From: Ignavibacteriota bacterium
GTDB lineage: Bacteria > Bacteroidota > Ignavibacteria > Kapaibacteriales > UBA961
DNA: 56,358 bases
NCBI GenBank assembly: GCA_016197185.1
Contig: JACPWH010000187.1
Location: 1 to 56,358, forward strand
Reading direction: 5' to 3'
Below are positions 9,465 to 18,915 of the stretch, in pieces. A program made the translations under genes and the position numbers. The stretch's first letter is position 1. Each line of letters opens with the position of its first letter. The notes under the pieces were generated by a model, which worked only from the letters and a program-made list of their open reading frames with translations, was not told the DNA's origin and ran no database searches.

Positions 9465-10679
9465 ATGCGAATGAAAAAATTTATTGCCCCTTCAATGAAA
9501 GAAGGTATTATCCAAATGAAGAAAGAACTTGGTGAAGATGCTGTGATTCTTTCTACACGGAATGTTAAAGTGGAAGGAAGTGCCGACATTGTTGAAATTA
9601 TCGCAGCTTTAGATGATCAACTTTTAGGTCAGGCAAGCGAGCTCCATGCTTCCGGTTCAGGTGAAAAATCGACTGTAAAAACTACACAGGATAAATCTGC
9701 TTCCCCGTCTCCTCAAGCGCAAAAAACTGTTTCGGCATCAAAAGCTGCTGCAGTGTACTCACAGTCGCATCCATCAAATGATGATGAACAAAATATCAGT
9801 CAGGCAGCAACTCTTCTTCAACTTCGGAACGATGTACGCTGGCTAAAGGAAACTCTTGCTGCCGTTGCAGAAAGTATTCCGTTTCGGTATGCTAACTCTT
9901 TAAGTCCTGCCAACCGTGAAGTCTATACTACCCTTCGTGGACAAGATTTTCCCGATGACGAAGCTCTGCGAATAGTTGGATTAGCTTCGGCAAAAGGAAC
10001 AACGAATGATACTTCAGAAGAAATTCTGGCAGCCGCCCGTGAGATTATTTCATCAGAACTTTCACTGTTCCCACCGCTCGAAGTACGCCCTACTTCCACA
10101 ACGGTAGCCTTCGTAGGTACAACCGGTGGCGGTAAAACAACCACTATCACGAAACTTGCCGCAATCTGCAAACTTCTCTATAAAGCAAATATACTTATCG
10201 TTTCGGCTGATACTTATAAGGTAGGTGGAGCGGAACAGCTCCAAACATTTGCCTCTATTGCCGGCATTGCTTTTCATACAGCCTATAGTTCACAGGAACT
10301 GCGGCAAATAGTGAAACAAGAATCCAAGCGTGATTTTATTTTCATTGATACTGTAGGGCGAAGTCAGCAACGCCGCCAGCATCTATTGGAAATTGGTGCA
10401 TATCTCGAGGCAGCATCTCCTGACATTACCTATCTTGTTCAAAGTGCTTCAACAGGTGAACAAACATTTCTTCAAACATTAGAACGGTTCTCTGTGCTCG
10501 AACCTGATGCGCTTATTCTCACTAAACTTGATGAATCTGCCGGATTAGGTGGAATACTTACAGCCTTGCGCCGACATACACTACCACTTGCATACTATAC
10601 CACAGGGCAAAAAATTCCTGATGATATCGAAACGGCAAGAGCAGAGAGATTAGCCGAAATTGTACTTCCGCAATTATGA
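9465..10679 (+). CDS. flhF: FlhF-type SRP-like GTPase (flagellar placement/biosynthesis regulator family)
   Basis: 404 aa, ATG start. The B-domain-like N-terminus is MKKFIAPSMKEGIIQMKKELGEDAVILSTRNV. A Ser/Ala/Gln-rich linker follows, then an NG domain with GTTGGGKTTTITKLAA (G1), DTVGRS (G3) and LTKLDES (G4). Confidence 0.8.
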   Translation: MRMKKFIAPSMKEGIIQMKKELGEDAVILSTRNVKVEGSADIVEIIAALDDQLLGQASELHASGSGEKSTVKTTQDKSASPSPQAQKTVSASKAAAVYSQSHPSNDDEQNISQAATLLQLRNDVRWLKETLAAVAESIPFRYANSLSPANREVYTTLRGQDFPDDEALRIVGLASAKGTTNDTSEEILAAAREIISSELSLFPPLEVRPTSTTVAFVGTTGGGKTTTITKLAAICKLLYKANILIVSADTYKVGGAEQLQTFASIAGIAFHTAYSSQELRQIVKQESKRDFIFIDTVGRSQQRRQHLLEIGAYLEAASPDITYLVQSASTGEQTFLQTLERFSVLEPDALILTKLDESAGLGGILTALRRHTLPLAYYTTGQKIPDDIETARAERLAEIVLPQL

Positions 10680-11596
10680 AAGAACGTTTCCGTATTTTAA
10701 AAGAACACTTCCTTGTTCTCTATAAATTAGTGGACGAATTTGGAGTACGGGTAGCAAAGGAGCATATATTTCTCCTTGCTTCAGGAGTTGCCTTTAATAT
10801 TATTTTGTGTATTATCCCCCTGCTTTTAGTTGCATCTGCGGTGATCAGTGCATTTACCGATAGCGTAGCTCTTGGCGAGACTTTGAACCGCGTTCTCTCG
10901 GATACCCTTCCCCCAAATCAACTCAGCAGAGAATTCATTGAATCCACTTTAAAAGAGCTTCATATTGCGTTCCAATTCAGTTCTCTCGCCGGATGGATCG
11001 GAGGGTTCGGACTTCTTTGGACTTCATCTGCATTATTCAGTACAATGCGAACCGGGCTTAATGCAATTTTCAGTATAAAGACACCAAAGTTCTTCCTCGT
11101 CTATAAACTGCAGGATATAGGTTTAACATTGATTTTGATGGTATTGTTACTATTATCATCATTTGTAGCTCCCATTTCAACGTTTATAGGTTCAATTGGT
11201 CAGAACATCCTTCCTTCTAATATTTTCGGCTGGATAAGCGGTGCGACAGTTCATTTGGTAGGGCTTGCTTCTTCTGTACTCTTCTTCTTCTTTGTATATC
11301 AATTTATTCCCAACAAGCATTTACCCAGAAGAATGATTTATACTGCAACTCTTCTTTGTACGGGCTTATGGGAACTTGCTCGGTTCGGTTTTGCATGGTA
11401 CTTGGAAAACGTAGGTGCCTTCGGAAAGGTATATGGCGTGTATGCAATCGTTTTCACAATTGCTGTTTGGATTTACTATTCTGCTCTTATCACGCTGATT
11501 TCAGCAGAAGCCGCAGAATTTTTGTATGAAAAACATACTAAACATATTAAAAGCCTTGTTAAACCTGTGATTGGCAGTAAGAGTGATGAAGGATGA
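10676..11596 (+). CDS. YihY/BrkB-family integral membrane protein
   Basis: 306 aa. The start ATG overlaps the flhF stop (ATGA at 10676-10679). About six hydrophobic segments. Family-typical stretches include LASGVAFNIILCIIPLLLV and the C-terminal VWIYYSALITLISAEAAEF. Confidence 0.75.
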   Translation: MKERFRILKEHFLVLYKLVDEFGVRVAKEHIFLLASGVAFNIILCIIPLLLVASAVISAFTDSVALGETLNRVLSDTLPPNQLSREFIESTLKELHIAFQFSSLAGWIGGFGLLWTSSALFSTMRTGLNAIFSIKTPKFFLVYKLQDIGLTLILMVLLLLSSFVAPISTFIGSIGQNILPSNIFGWISGATVHLVGLASSVLFFFFVYQFIPNKHLPRRMIYTATLLCTGLWELARFGFAWYLENVGAFGKVYGVYAIVFTIAVWIYYSALITLISAEAAEFLYEKHTKHIKSLVKPVIGSKSDEG

Positions 11597-11673
11597 AGAG
11601 AGAAAACGAGGGTAACTGCTCAATTGAAAACCAAAGAGAAGTAAGGATACTTGAATTCCTTACTTCTCTTTCA

Positions 11674-12159
11674 CTATATATTCTCATTCTTCCTACGCGA
11701 ATCCACTGCCATCATCTCTTTGTACTCAAGAATTTTTTGCATCAAGCCCGGGCTACTCACACTTAGTATTTGCATTGCAAGAATCCCTGCATTTTTTCCT
11801 CCACCAATAGCAACGGTCGCTACAGGAACACCCGGTGGCATTTGTACGATTGAAAGTAAGGAATCTTTTCCGTTTAGTGCTTTAGATTGGATAGGAACGC
11901 CAATAACAGGTAATGGGCTAAAAGCAGCTATCATCCCCGGCAAATGTGCTGCTCCTCCCGCTCCGGCAATAATCACTTTTATTCCACGAGTATGTGCATT
12001 CAATCCATATTCTGCCATATCCGACGGAGTGCGATGTGCAGAAACAATACGCATCTCGTAAGGAATCGAAAATTCATCACAGATTACTGCTGCTTCTCGC
12101 ATAACAGGCAAATCTGAATCGCTTCCCATTATTATTCCCACTAATATTTGGTTATCCAT
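11674..12159 (-). CDS. purE: N5-carboxyaminoimidazole ribonucleotide mutase
   Basis: Motifs [37 protein letters not shown] and PVIGVP. The track start at 12171 is TTG, so I used the ATG at 12157-12159 (MDNQILVG...). Confidence 0.92.
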   Translation of the reverse strand: MDNQILVGIIMGSDSDLPVMREAAVICDEFSIPYEMRIVSAHRTPSDMAEYGLNAHTRGIKVIIAGAGGAAHLPGMIAAFSPLPVIGVPIQSKALNGKDSLLSIVQMPPGVPVATVAIGGGKNAGILAMQILSVSSPGLMQKILEYKEMMAVDSRRKNENI

Positions 12160-12188
12160 GCTATACTGCAAAATAGTTTTTGATATGA

Positions 12189-12797
12189 TTATTCTGATAG
12201 TTCGGTTAGAATTGCTTCACGCTTTATAATTCCCCATAATTGATCGCGTCCGTCGCCCTTTACCGATGAATACGGAAGTACATCTATACAAAAGTCACAG
12301 AATTTTACAACTTCATGTACTTGTGCCTTGCGTTCATCACGAAGTCTCAGGGAAATTTTATCGCATTTTGTAAGGACAATCACAAACTTTCGTCCTTGAT
12401 TTTCGAGCCATTCAATCAGAGCAAGGTCGCTGTCCATCGGATCGTGTCGGCTATCGATCAGTACACATACTAAAGATAGCTGTGGACGTTTTTCTAAATA
12501 TGTGTAATTGAACTGTGACCATTCATTGCGTTTCTCGCGAGAAATAACTGCATATCCGAAACCGGGTAAATCCGCAAAAATCCACCTCTGTTCTATTCCA
12601 AAGAAATTGATTTGCTGGGTTTTTCCCGGGGTAGAGCTTATGTGTGCAAGATTTTTACGCGAAACGATGCTGTTCAACAATGAAGACTTCCCCACATTCG
12701 ACCTTCCGATGAAGGCAACTTCGGGTAATGGAGAATCGGGAAACTGCTGTTCTTTGGTTGCTCCAATCAAAAAAACAGCTTCATAGATTTTCATCAT
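12189..12797 (-). CDS. engB: Ribosome-biogenesis GTPase EngB/YsxC (YihA)
   Basis: Motifs [20 protein letters not shown] (G1), DLPGFGYA (G3) and LTKCDK (G4). The track start at 12836 is TTG, trimmed to ATG ATG at 12792-12797 (MMKIYEAVF...). It lies 17 nt upstream of purE on the same strand. Confidence 0.88.
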   Translation of the reverse strand: MMKIYEAVFLIGATKEQQFPDSPLPEVAFIGRSNVGKSSLLNSIVSRKNLAHISSTPGKTQQINFFGIEQRWIFADLPGFGYAVISREKRNEWSQFNYTYLEKRPQLSLVCVLIDSRHDPMDSDLALIEWLENQGRKFVIVLTKCDKISLRLRDERKAQVHEVVKFCDFCIDVLPYSSVKGDGRDQLWGIIKREAILTELSE

Positions 12798-12834
12798 ACA
12801 GTCAAATGGAATTGAAAAGCAACGGTAAAAAAGC

Positions 12835-12870
12835 AAAACGCCGACCTTATTAATAAGTCAGGCGTTTTTT
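12835..12870. terminator. Hairpin with flanking A/T runs; probable terminator downstream of the 13023..14306 gene
   Basis: AAAACGCCGAC ... GTCAGGCGTTTTTT forms a stem with one bulge. T-rich tracts follow the hairpin on both strands. Confidence 0.5.
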
Positions 12871-13022
12871 GTACTGTGCAAAAATAACAAATTCTATGAG
12901 TTTTCAGTGCATAAGAATTAAGGTTCGCATATCAAATTTCAGAGCCAAAACACCTTACTTCTAAGCTCTGGACGAGCATACTGCTTGCAGAAGACAGTTC
13001 GCACTACCATTAAAGCACTATG

Positions 13023-14306
13023 TTATGTCTTTTGCTTCTTCTTCTTTGCCGCAGGAAACAGGATATTATTCAATATCAAGCGGTATCCCGGTGAATTCTT
13101 GTGAAGTGAAAGATCGGTCGGAGGGTCTCCGATTGCGTGTTGGTAATCTTCGGGGTCATGCCCGCCGTACCATGTGAATGTCCCGCGCCCTATATTTCCG
13201 TGTATATACTTTACTTCATCCGTTCCGTCTTTTTCGGCAAGGAGAGTTACAGATTTCTTGATAATACCTTTGTGAAAGCCTGTTGTTTGTCCAAGAAAAT
13301 TATGTACGACATTTGCATGGCACTGGGTAAGCATCGTAGGAACAGGGTCATATTTTGCGGAAAAGTCGAAAAGAGTGAAATAGTCATTGTCATTAATATT
13401 TGCCCGTGTATTGGCATCCACATCAATTGTCGAATATTCATATTTCATCGGATCCATGTACAATTGGAAATTCTCGAAGGCGAAAGTACGGGAAAAATCG
13501 AGTTTACTGTTTGCGTCGGGGTCTGCTCCGTCGCCGTCATACATCTGTTCGCAAATATCAATGTTTTGAGCAGCGAGTGAAATATCATAGCTATCAGTGG
13601 CACTACACATTGCAAAAATAAAACCGCCGTTAGTAACAAAGTCTCTCACTTTTTCGGTAACTGCTCTTTTGAGTTGTGAGACTTTCTTGAATCCGAGTTT
13701 TTTAGCTGTACTTTCCAACAAAGCCACTTGCTGAATATACCAGGGTGCTGCGGCGAAACTTGAATAGAACTTTCCGTATTGTCCTGTAAAATCTTCGTGG
13801 TGCAGATGCAACCAATCATAATCTTTCAGTTTATCTCCGATAACTTCTTCATCCCATACTTTATCGTATTTTACTTCAGCATAATCTAATGCGAGAGTTA
13901 CTGCATCATCCCACGGACGTGACCCCGGATGTGTATAAACTGCAATTTTCGGTGGTTTTTCCAAACGTACAGCATCCATATTTGTATTTTCACCTTGCAC
14001 TTCGGAATATATTGAAGCGGCTGTCGCTCCGTCGATTTGCTCGAAATATACTCCGCGAATTCTACATTCGGCAGCAATATTATCAGCGTAATCCATTATA
14101 AACGAACCGGCTCGGTAATTGAGCAGCCAATCAATCTCAACATTTTTTGTAAGTCCCCAATAAGCAAGACCATACGCCTTCAGATGATCTGTTTGTGATA
14201 AGTCCATCGGTATCAAAAGTTTTTGAGCCGAAACAGATGAACCTGTCATAAGCATCAGCAAAAAAACAAGGCGGCATGATTGTTGCCGAAACAAAATTTT
14301 TATCAT
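13023..14306 (-). CDS. Conserved secreted protein of unknown function (427 aa)
   Basis: ATG start, signal peptide ...LMLMTGSSVSAQ. Distinctive block KIAVYTHPGSRPWDDAVTLALDYAEV...DYDWLHLHHEDFTGQYGKFY...GGFIFAMCSATDS, suggestive of a flavodoxin-like/class-I amidotransferase-like fold. No catalytic motif is recognisable by eye. Confidence 0.75.
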   Translation of the reverse strand: MIKILFRQQSCRLVFLLMLMTGSSVSAQKLLIPMDLSQTDHLKAYGLAYWGLTKNVEIDWLLNYRAGSFIMDYADNIAAECRIRGVYFEQIDGATAASIYSEVQGENTNMDAVRLEKPPKIAVYTHPGSRPWDDAVTLALDYAEVKYDKVWDEEVIGDKLKDYDWLHLHHEDFTGQYGKFYSSFAAAPWYIQQVALLESTAKKLGFKKVSQLKRAVTEKVRDFVTNGGFIFAMCSATDSYDISLAAQNIDICEQMYDGDGADPDANSKLDFSRTFAFENFQLYMDPMKYEYSTIDVDANTRANINDNDYFTLFDFSAKYDPVPTMLTQCHANVVHNFLGQTTGFHKGIIKKSVTLLAEKDGTDEVKYIHGNIGRGTFTWYGGHDPEDYQHAIGDPPTDLSLHKNSPGYRLILNNILFPAAKKKKQKT

Positions 14307-14485
14307 TATGAAATTCTTTCTATATTTAACGGTCGGGAAACGGATTTGGTATTGCTATTTACTTGAGGTTAATCTGTTCTAACGTGAAACTCAAAGGAAT
14401 ATTTTTTATACTTAGCTCTATTTTAAGGCAGAATATCCGACAAGAGAACTAATATACCGAACCTTTCGACAAGAAAATCTCAAAT

Positions 14486-16651
14486 ATGACAAAATTTATT
14501 TCTTTCCGTAGTGTATTCACAAATTGCCGAAACATAATTTGGACTATAGTATTCTTTATTTTAACAACTTCGTTATCCGATTCCATATTTGCAAAAAGTA
14601 ATCCTCAACAGAAACCACGCAAACCTACAAGCGTCTTAGTCAAAAAGCCAAAAGAATATGTTACACCTGTAGATCCGAACTTTACACAATGGGCTTCAAG
14701 GGTAGTATTTGTAAGTTCATCATTTAACGAACATGGTCCGTTCTCTGCGGAGCAATTATTGGGGAAACCAAATCTACATTCCTATCCAAGTTCTCAAAAC
14801 CCATGCGCTTGGGCAGCAAAATTTGAAGACAGAGAGAATCAGAAAGAGTTTGCTAACCGTATAGAAATTATACGTGTAGCTTTTCAACAGCCAATGTATG
14901 CAGGGCAGATTGCGATTGTTGAAGCATTGAATCCGGGTGCTGTGGGCATGGTTATAGTACACGGCGAAGATGCAGAAATGGATACTGTTTACAAGTCAGT
15001 TCCAAGTCCGGTGGGAACAGATGGTCGAGTATTGAATATATTTTTCGAGCCGCCCGGCTTCAGAATTACCGATGTTGAGCTTCATGTTCACACAGGAGCT
15101 GTACCCGATTGGAATCTGATTGATGCAATTGCACTCAGTAATGCACCCGACAGTATTCATGCTGATATTAACGTAACACAATTTGCATCAGAAATTAAAG
15201 TAGAGAAGTTAGGTCCAGAAATAAATTCAGGAACGAATGAACTTGCACCCGTTATTTCACCGGACGGCAAAACACTGTATTTCAGCCGAAGCAACCATGC
15301 AGATAATATAAATGCTTCGGAGGCGACAGATATTTGGTATTCCGATCTCATGCCTGACGGAAAAAATTTCTCAACTGCTAAGAATATCGGCAGTCCGCTT
15401 AATGATGTCTATCCCAATTTTGTGTGCGGGATAACACCCGACGGTACTCAAATGCTTCTTGGGAATGAATATGTGCGAAATGCGGCACCTCGCGGCGGAA
15501 CATCAATCGCACAAAGGAACGAAGGAGGATGGGGCTATCCGAAATCACTTAATATCATTGATTATTACAGCCGTAATAATTATGGACATTTTTCACTTTC
15601 GAGCGATAGGAAAACACTTCTTTTATGTCTTAACCGCGACGAAGGTTACGGGAATCAAGATATTTACATGAGTTTTCAAGAAGCAGACTCCACCTGGACA
15701 ACCCCAAGAAACATAGGCAAAACAATCAATACTGCCGGCGACGAGTCAACTGTATTTCTTGCACCCGATACACGTACTATGTTCTTCTCATCGAGCGGAC
15801 ATAACGGATATGGCGATAAAGACATATTTGTCAGTACGCGTTTAGATTCCACATGGTTGAATTGGAGTGAGCCGCTCAATATGGGACCAAAAGTAAATTC
15901 TATAGGCGGTGACGCGTACTATTCTGTGGATGTATCCGGCAAAAATGCCTATTATGTTTCCACGCGCGGTAAGATGGATAACAGCGACATCTTCCATATT
16001 ACTTTACCACCTTCCCTGCAAGTAGCCCCTGCTGTACTTGTAGAAGGCAATGTCTATAATGCAAAAACCCAACTTCCAGTTCGTGCAACCATCCTCTATG
16101 AAGACCTGAAAACAGGTAAGGAAGTCGGAATGGCACAAACAAACCCTAATACCGGAGAATACAAAATAGTTCTTCCTGCAGGTAATATCTATGGTTTCCG
16201 TGCAGAAGGAGAAAATGCTATCCCAGTTTCCGAGCATTTGGATTTACGTGAGCTCAAGCAATTCCGTACAGTCCGGTACGACCTTACTCTTGTTCCACTC
16301 GAAGTAGGACAAAAAGTCCTTTTGAACAATCTCTTTTTTGACTATAAGCAATCGGTAATTCAACCGGAATCCTACCCCGAACTCAAACGAATGGCTGACG
16401 TTCTAAGGCGCAATCAAACTACCCGTATTATGATTAACGGGCATACAGACGACATTGGAAGTGATGATTATAATATTCAACTTTCTAAAGAAAGAGCCGA
16501 GGCAGTTTTGGAGTTCTTCGTTAAACAAGGTGTACAACGCTCGCAAATCGAGACACAAGGATTAGGTAAATCACACCCCGTTTCACCAAATGATACCGAA
16601 CAAGAACGGCAGAAGAACCGTAGAGTGGAGTTTATTATTTTAGCGATATAA
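14486..16651 (+). CDS. OmpA-family peptidoglycan-associated protein with an unknown N-terminal domain, TolB-like (PD40) beta-propeller repeats and a CarboxypepD_reg-like domain
   Basis: 721 aa. PD40-like repeats include ELAPVISPDGKTLYFSR, SLSSDRKTLLLC and VFLAPDTRTMFFSS. The OmpA_C domain reads LFFDYKQSVIQPESYPELKRMADVL...INGHTDDIGSDDYNIQLSKERAEAV...NRRVEFIIL. The first ~170 aa after the signal anchor match nothing I recognise. Confidence 0.85.
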   Translation: MTKFISFRSVFTNCRNIIWTIVFFILTTSLSDSIFAKSNPQQKPRKPTSVLVKKPKEYVTPVDPNFTQWASRVVFVSSSFNEHGPFSAEQLLGKPNLHSYPSSQNPCAWAAKFEDRENQKEFANRIEIIRVAFQQPMYAGQIAIVEALNPGAVGMVIVHGEDAEMDTVYKSVPSPVGTDGRVLNIFFEPPGFRITDVELHVHTGAVPDWNLIDAIALSNAPDSIHADINVTQFASEIKVEKLGPEINSGTNELAPVISPDGKTLYFSRSNHADNINASEATDIWYSDLMPDGKNFSTAKNIGSPLNDVYPNFVCGITPDGTQMLLGNEYVRNAAPRGGTSIAQRNEGGWGYPKSLNIIDYYSRNNYGHFSLSSDRKTLLLCLNRDEGYGNQDIYMSFQEADSTWTTPRNIGKTINTAGDESTVFLAPDTRTMFFSSSGHNGYGDKDIFVSTRLDSTWLNWSEPLNMGPKVNSIGGDAYYSVDVSGKNAYYVSTRGKMDNSDIFHITLPPSLQVAPAVLVEGNVYNAKTQLPVRATILYEDLKTGKEVGMAQTNPNTGEYKIVLPAGNIYGFRAEGENAIPVSEHLDLRELKQFRTVRYDLTLVPLEVGQKVLLNNLFFDYKQSVIQPESYPELKRMADVLRRNQTTRIMINGHTDDIGSDDYNIQLSKERAEAVLEFFVKQGVQRSQIETQGLGKSHPVSPNDTEQERQKNRRVEFIILAI

Positions 16652-16684
16652 AAACCCTGTACCAATATATATACTCTATCCGCC

Positions 16685-17737
16685 ATGAGTTATTTCGAAA
16701 AATCAGTTGCTCTCGCGCCAGATGAGATTGAAAAGCTCCGAAAAAGTCATCGCGCAGGGACTATTATGTCCTTGTTTATACTTATAATTATAGTTGGTGC
16801 AGCTACTTTTTTCTTTAATATGGGAAGGGATTTTCTCCCGTTCAGAATTTTCGCTCCAATCTTTGCAATAATAGGTCTGGGAATAGTTATAGTGAATTTT
16901 TACCAGCAGCGTAAGGATATTCAAGGTGGTGTCAAAACAATCATCTCCGGTGTAATTGAAGATAAGAAAGAAACTCACTCTACAGGCAATAGCAGCCGAA
17001 GCAGCGATTCTTATAAGTTTATTATGGGCGACAAAGAAATTGAAGTAAACAGCAGTAATTATTCAAAATTTCATGTAAAAGACCATATTGAAATAACCAA
17101 ACTACCTCATGCGGGAACAATACTCGACATTTGTCTTATCGAAAGCAGTACAGGTATAAACGGGAAGCAATTATCGAATACCAGATTAGACGGCTCACCT
17201 CTCCATGATGCTCGAAGCATCTCTGCTCCTTCGTTCAGCGAATCATCCTATCCTTTGGATGCAAATGAAGAGCAATATCTTCGTCGTACAAGAAATAAGA
17301 GAGCAGTTCGTTCTTTCAAATGGGTATTAATACCCGTTTGGATTTTTCTTTTCTTTAAATACTTGGCTGTCGATACCGGTTTTACACAGTTTTTATATTC
17401 ATTTTCGTTAAGTATCCCCCTGTTTATTGTCTTATTACCATTGATTATTCAGGCACTTCGCGTTCCGCGTCTGATTTCCCCGTATAATCGAGATATTGAA
17501 TCCGGTATGAAAATAATTTGCAGAACTACTGTTACAGATAAGTTTCATGGTATCCAAAACAGATCTGCGTTTTATTCCATAACAGTCAATGATAAACAAT
17601 ACTCAGTTCCCGAGGATTTCTATAACAAAATTGAAGCAGGCGAAGAAATTACGCTTAATTATGCAGAGCATTCCAAAACAGAATTTTCAATTCAAAGCAC
17701 ACAAGACCGTACAAAATTCATAGCATTTTATACATAA
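16685..17737 (+). CDS. Hypothetical membrane protein with an internal duplication (2 x [two TM helices + soluble beta-rich domain])
   Basis: 350 aa, ATG start, 33 nt after the OmpA-family gene. Half 1 has the TMs LFILIIIVGAATFFF and IFAPIFAIIGLGIVIV, then DIQGGVKTIISGVIEDK...YKFIMGDKEIEV. Half 2 has the TMs WVLIPVWIFLFF and IPLFIVLLPLIIQAL, then DIESGMKIICRTTVTDK...YSITVNDKQYSV. Confidence 0.7.
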   Translation: MSYFEKSVALAPDEIEKLRKSHRAGTIMSLFILIIIVGAATFFFNMGRDFLPFRIFAPIFAIIGLGIVIVNFYQQRKDIQGGVKTIISGVIEDKKETHSTGNSSRSSDSYKFIMGDKEIEVNSSNYSKFHVKDHIEITKLPHAGTILDICLIESSTGINGKQLSNTRLDGSPLHDARSISAPSFSESSYPLDANEEQYLRRTRNKRAVRSFKWVLIPVWIFLFFKYLAVDTGFTQFLYSFSLSIPLFIVLLPLIIQALRVPRLISPYNRDIESGMKIICRTTVTDKFHGIQNRSAFYSITVNDKQYSVPEDFYNKIEAGEEITLNYAEHSKTEFSIQSTQDRTKFIAFYT

Positions 17738-17748
17738 GTTAAATCACC

Positions 17749-18747
17749 ATGAAGATTAAAAGAATAGTGCTGTTTATTGTTTTTACTTTCCTTCTGCTAT
17801 GCGGGGTAGTGGTATGGCAACTATTCAGACCTCTTCCTATTGACTCCCAGATTGACATTCAGATTCCAACCAAAACAACGATTGCCAGAGCCACAGATAT
17901 TCTCTCTGAAAAAAAGGCAATTTCTTCGCCTTTCATTTTCAAATGGTCTGCAAAAATATACGCTTCGCTTTATAACAAACGCTTGTATGCAGGATATTAC
18001 CGCTTTTCAGCGCATCAATCGCATTGGCAACTCCTCCGTTCAATTTTTTCCGGCAAGCAATCATTCACAGTGAATGTGGTGTTTCCCGAGGGTATTTCTC
18101 TTGCAAAATTTGCATCGATTGCCTCCAAACAGGTAGGAATTGATTCGTCTGCTTTTATGCAGCTTGCTACGTCGGATTCATTGCTTCATTCACGGAATAT
18201 CAAGGGTAAATCCGTAGAAGGGTTTATTATGCCAAACACCTATAATTTTTTCTGGAAACAGTCTGTAACTGAGATTTTGGATAAATTACTGGATGAACAG
18301 GATAAGATATGGGCTGAGAAGTTTGCTGCAGCGGCAAAAGTATCGGATAGAACTCGAAGAGAAATACTTACTCTCGCCTCGATTGTAGAATCAGAAACAC
18401 CTCAGCACGATGAACGGAAACGTATTGCAGGTGTTTATATCAACCGTATCGAAAAGAAAATGAAACTCGAAGCAGACCCGACAGTGCAGTATGCTTTGGG
18501 TGAGCAACGGCGTTTATTATATCGTGATTTGGAAATTGACAGTCCCTATAATACATATCGATATGTGGGATTACCACCAGGACCAATAAACTCACCCGGA
18601 ATAGCTTCGATAGAAGCAGCACTTGCCCCCGAAAAACACGAATATCTTTATTTCGTATCAACAGGCGAAGGTGAACATACCTTTTCAAAAACATACGCCC
18701 AACATCAAAAAGCGGTAGAACTGTACCGTTTGAAACGGAAGAAATAA
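17749..18747 (+). CDS. mltG: Endolytic murein transglycosylase MltG (YceG-like)
   Basis: 332 aa with an N-terminal TM. Motifs EGFIMPNTYNFFW, LTLASIVESET, DPTVQYAL and YNTYRYVGLPPGPINSPG. Confidence 0.88.
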   Translation: MKIKRIVLFIVFTFLLLCGVVVWQLFRPLPIDSQIDIQIPTKTTIARATDILSEKKAISSPFIFKWSAKIYASLYNKRLYAGYYRFSAHQSHWQLLRSIFSGKQSFTVNVVFPEGISLAKFASIASKQVGIDSSAFMQLATSDSLLHSRNIKGKSVEGFIMPNTYNFFWKQSVTEILDKLLDEQDKIWAEKFAAAAKVSDRTRREILTLASIVESETPQHDERKRIAGVYINRIEKKMKLEADPTVQYALGEQRRLLYRDLEIDSPYNTYRYVGLPPGPINSPGIASIEAALAPEKHEYLYFVSTGEGEHTFSKTYAQHQKAVELYRLKRKK

Positions 18748-18915
18748 CAGAGTTTTGATACTGTATTTTCGTTAATATTTGCCTCAACCGTACCACCTAC
18801 GGCAAATTCAGATAAAAACACCCCTCCAAAACAAAACAAAGTTGGATAATAGCAGAAGTTACTCTATTTTCGCAGAGTTAATAGTGAAGATTGTTCCAAT
18901 TCCCGATCTAAAAAC

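Noticed and set aside
11651-12061. 136-aa + strand ORF overlapping purE
   Set aside because: It is antisense to an ORF carrying all the PurE motifs, and its own translation shows no motif. The same reasoning applies to other long antisense ORFs: 13137-13580, 20604-21017, 21360-21818, 41057-41443, 42805-43140 and 54134-54592.
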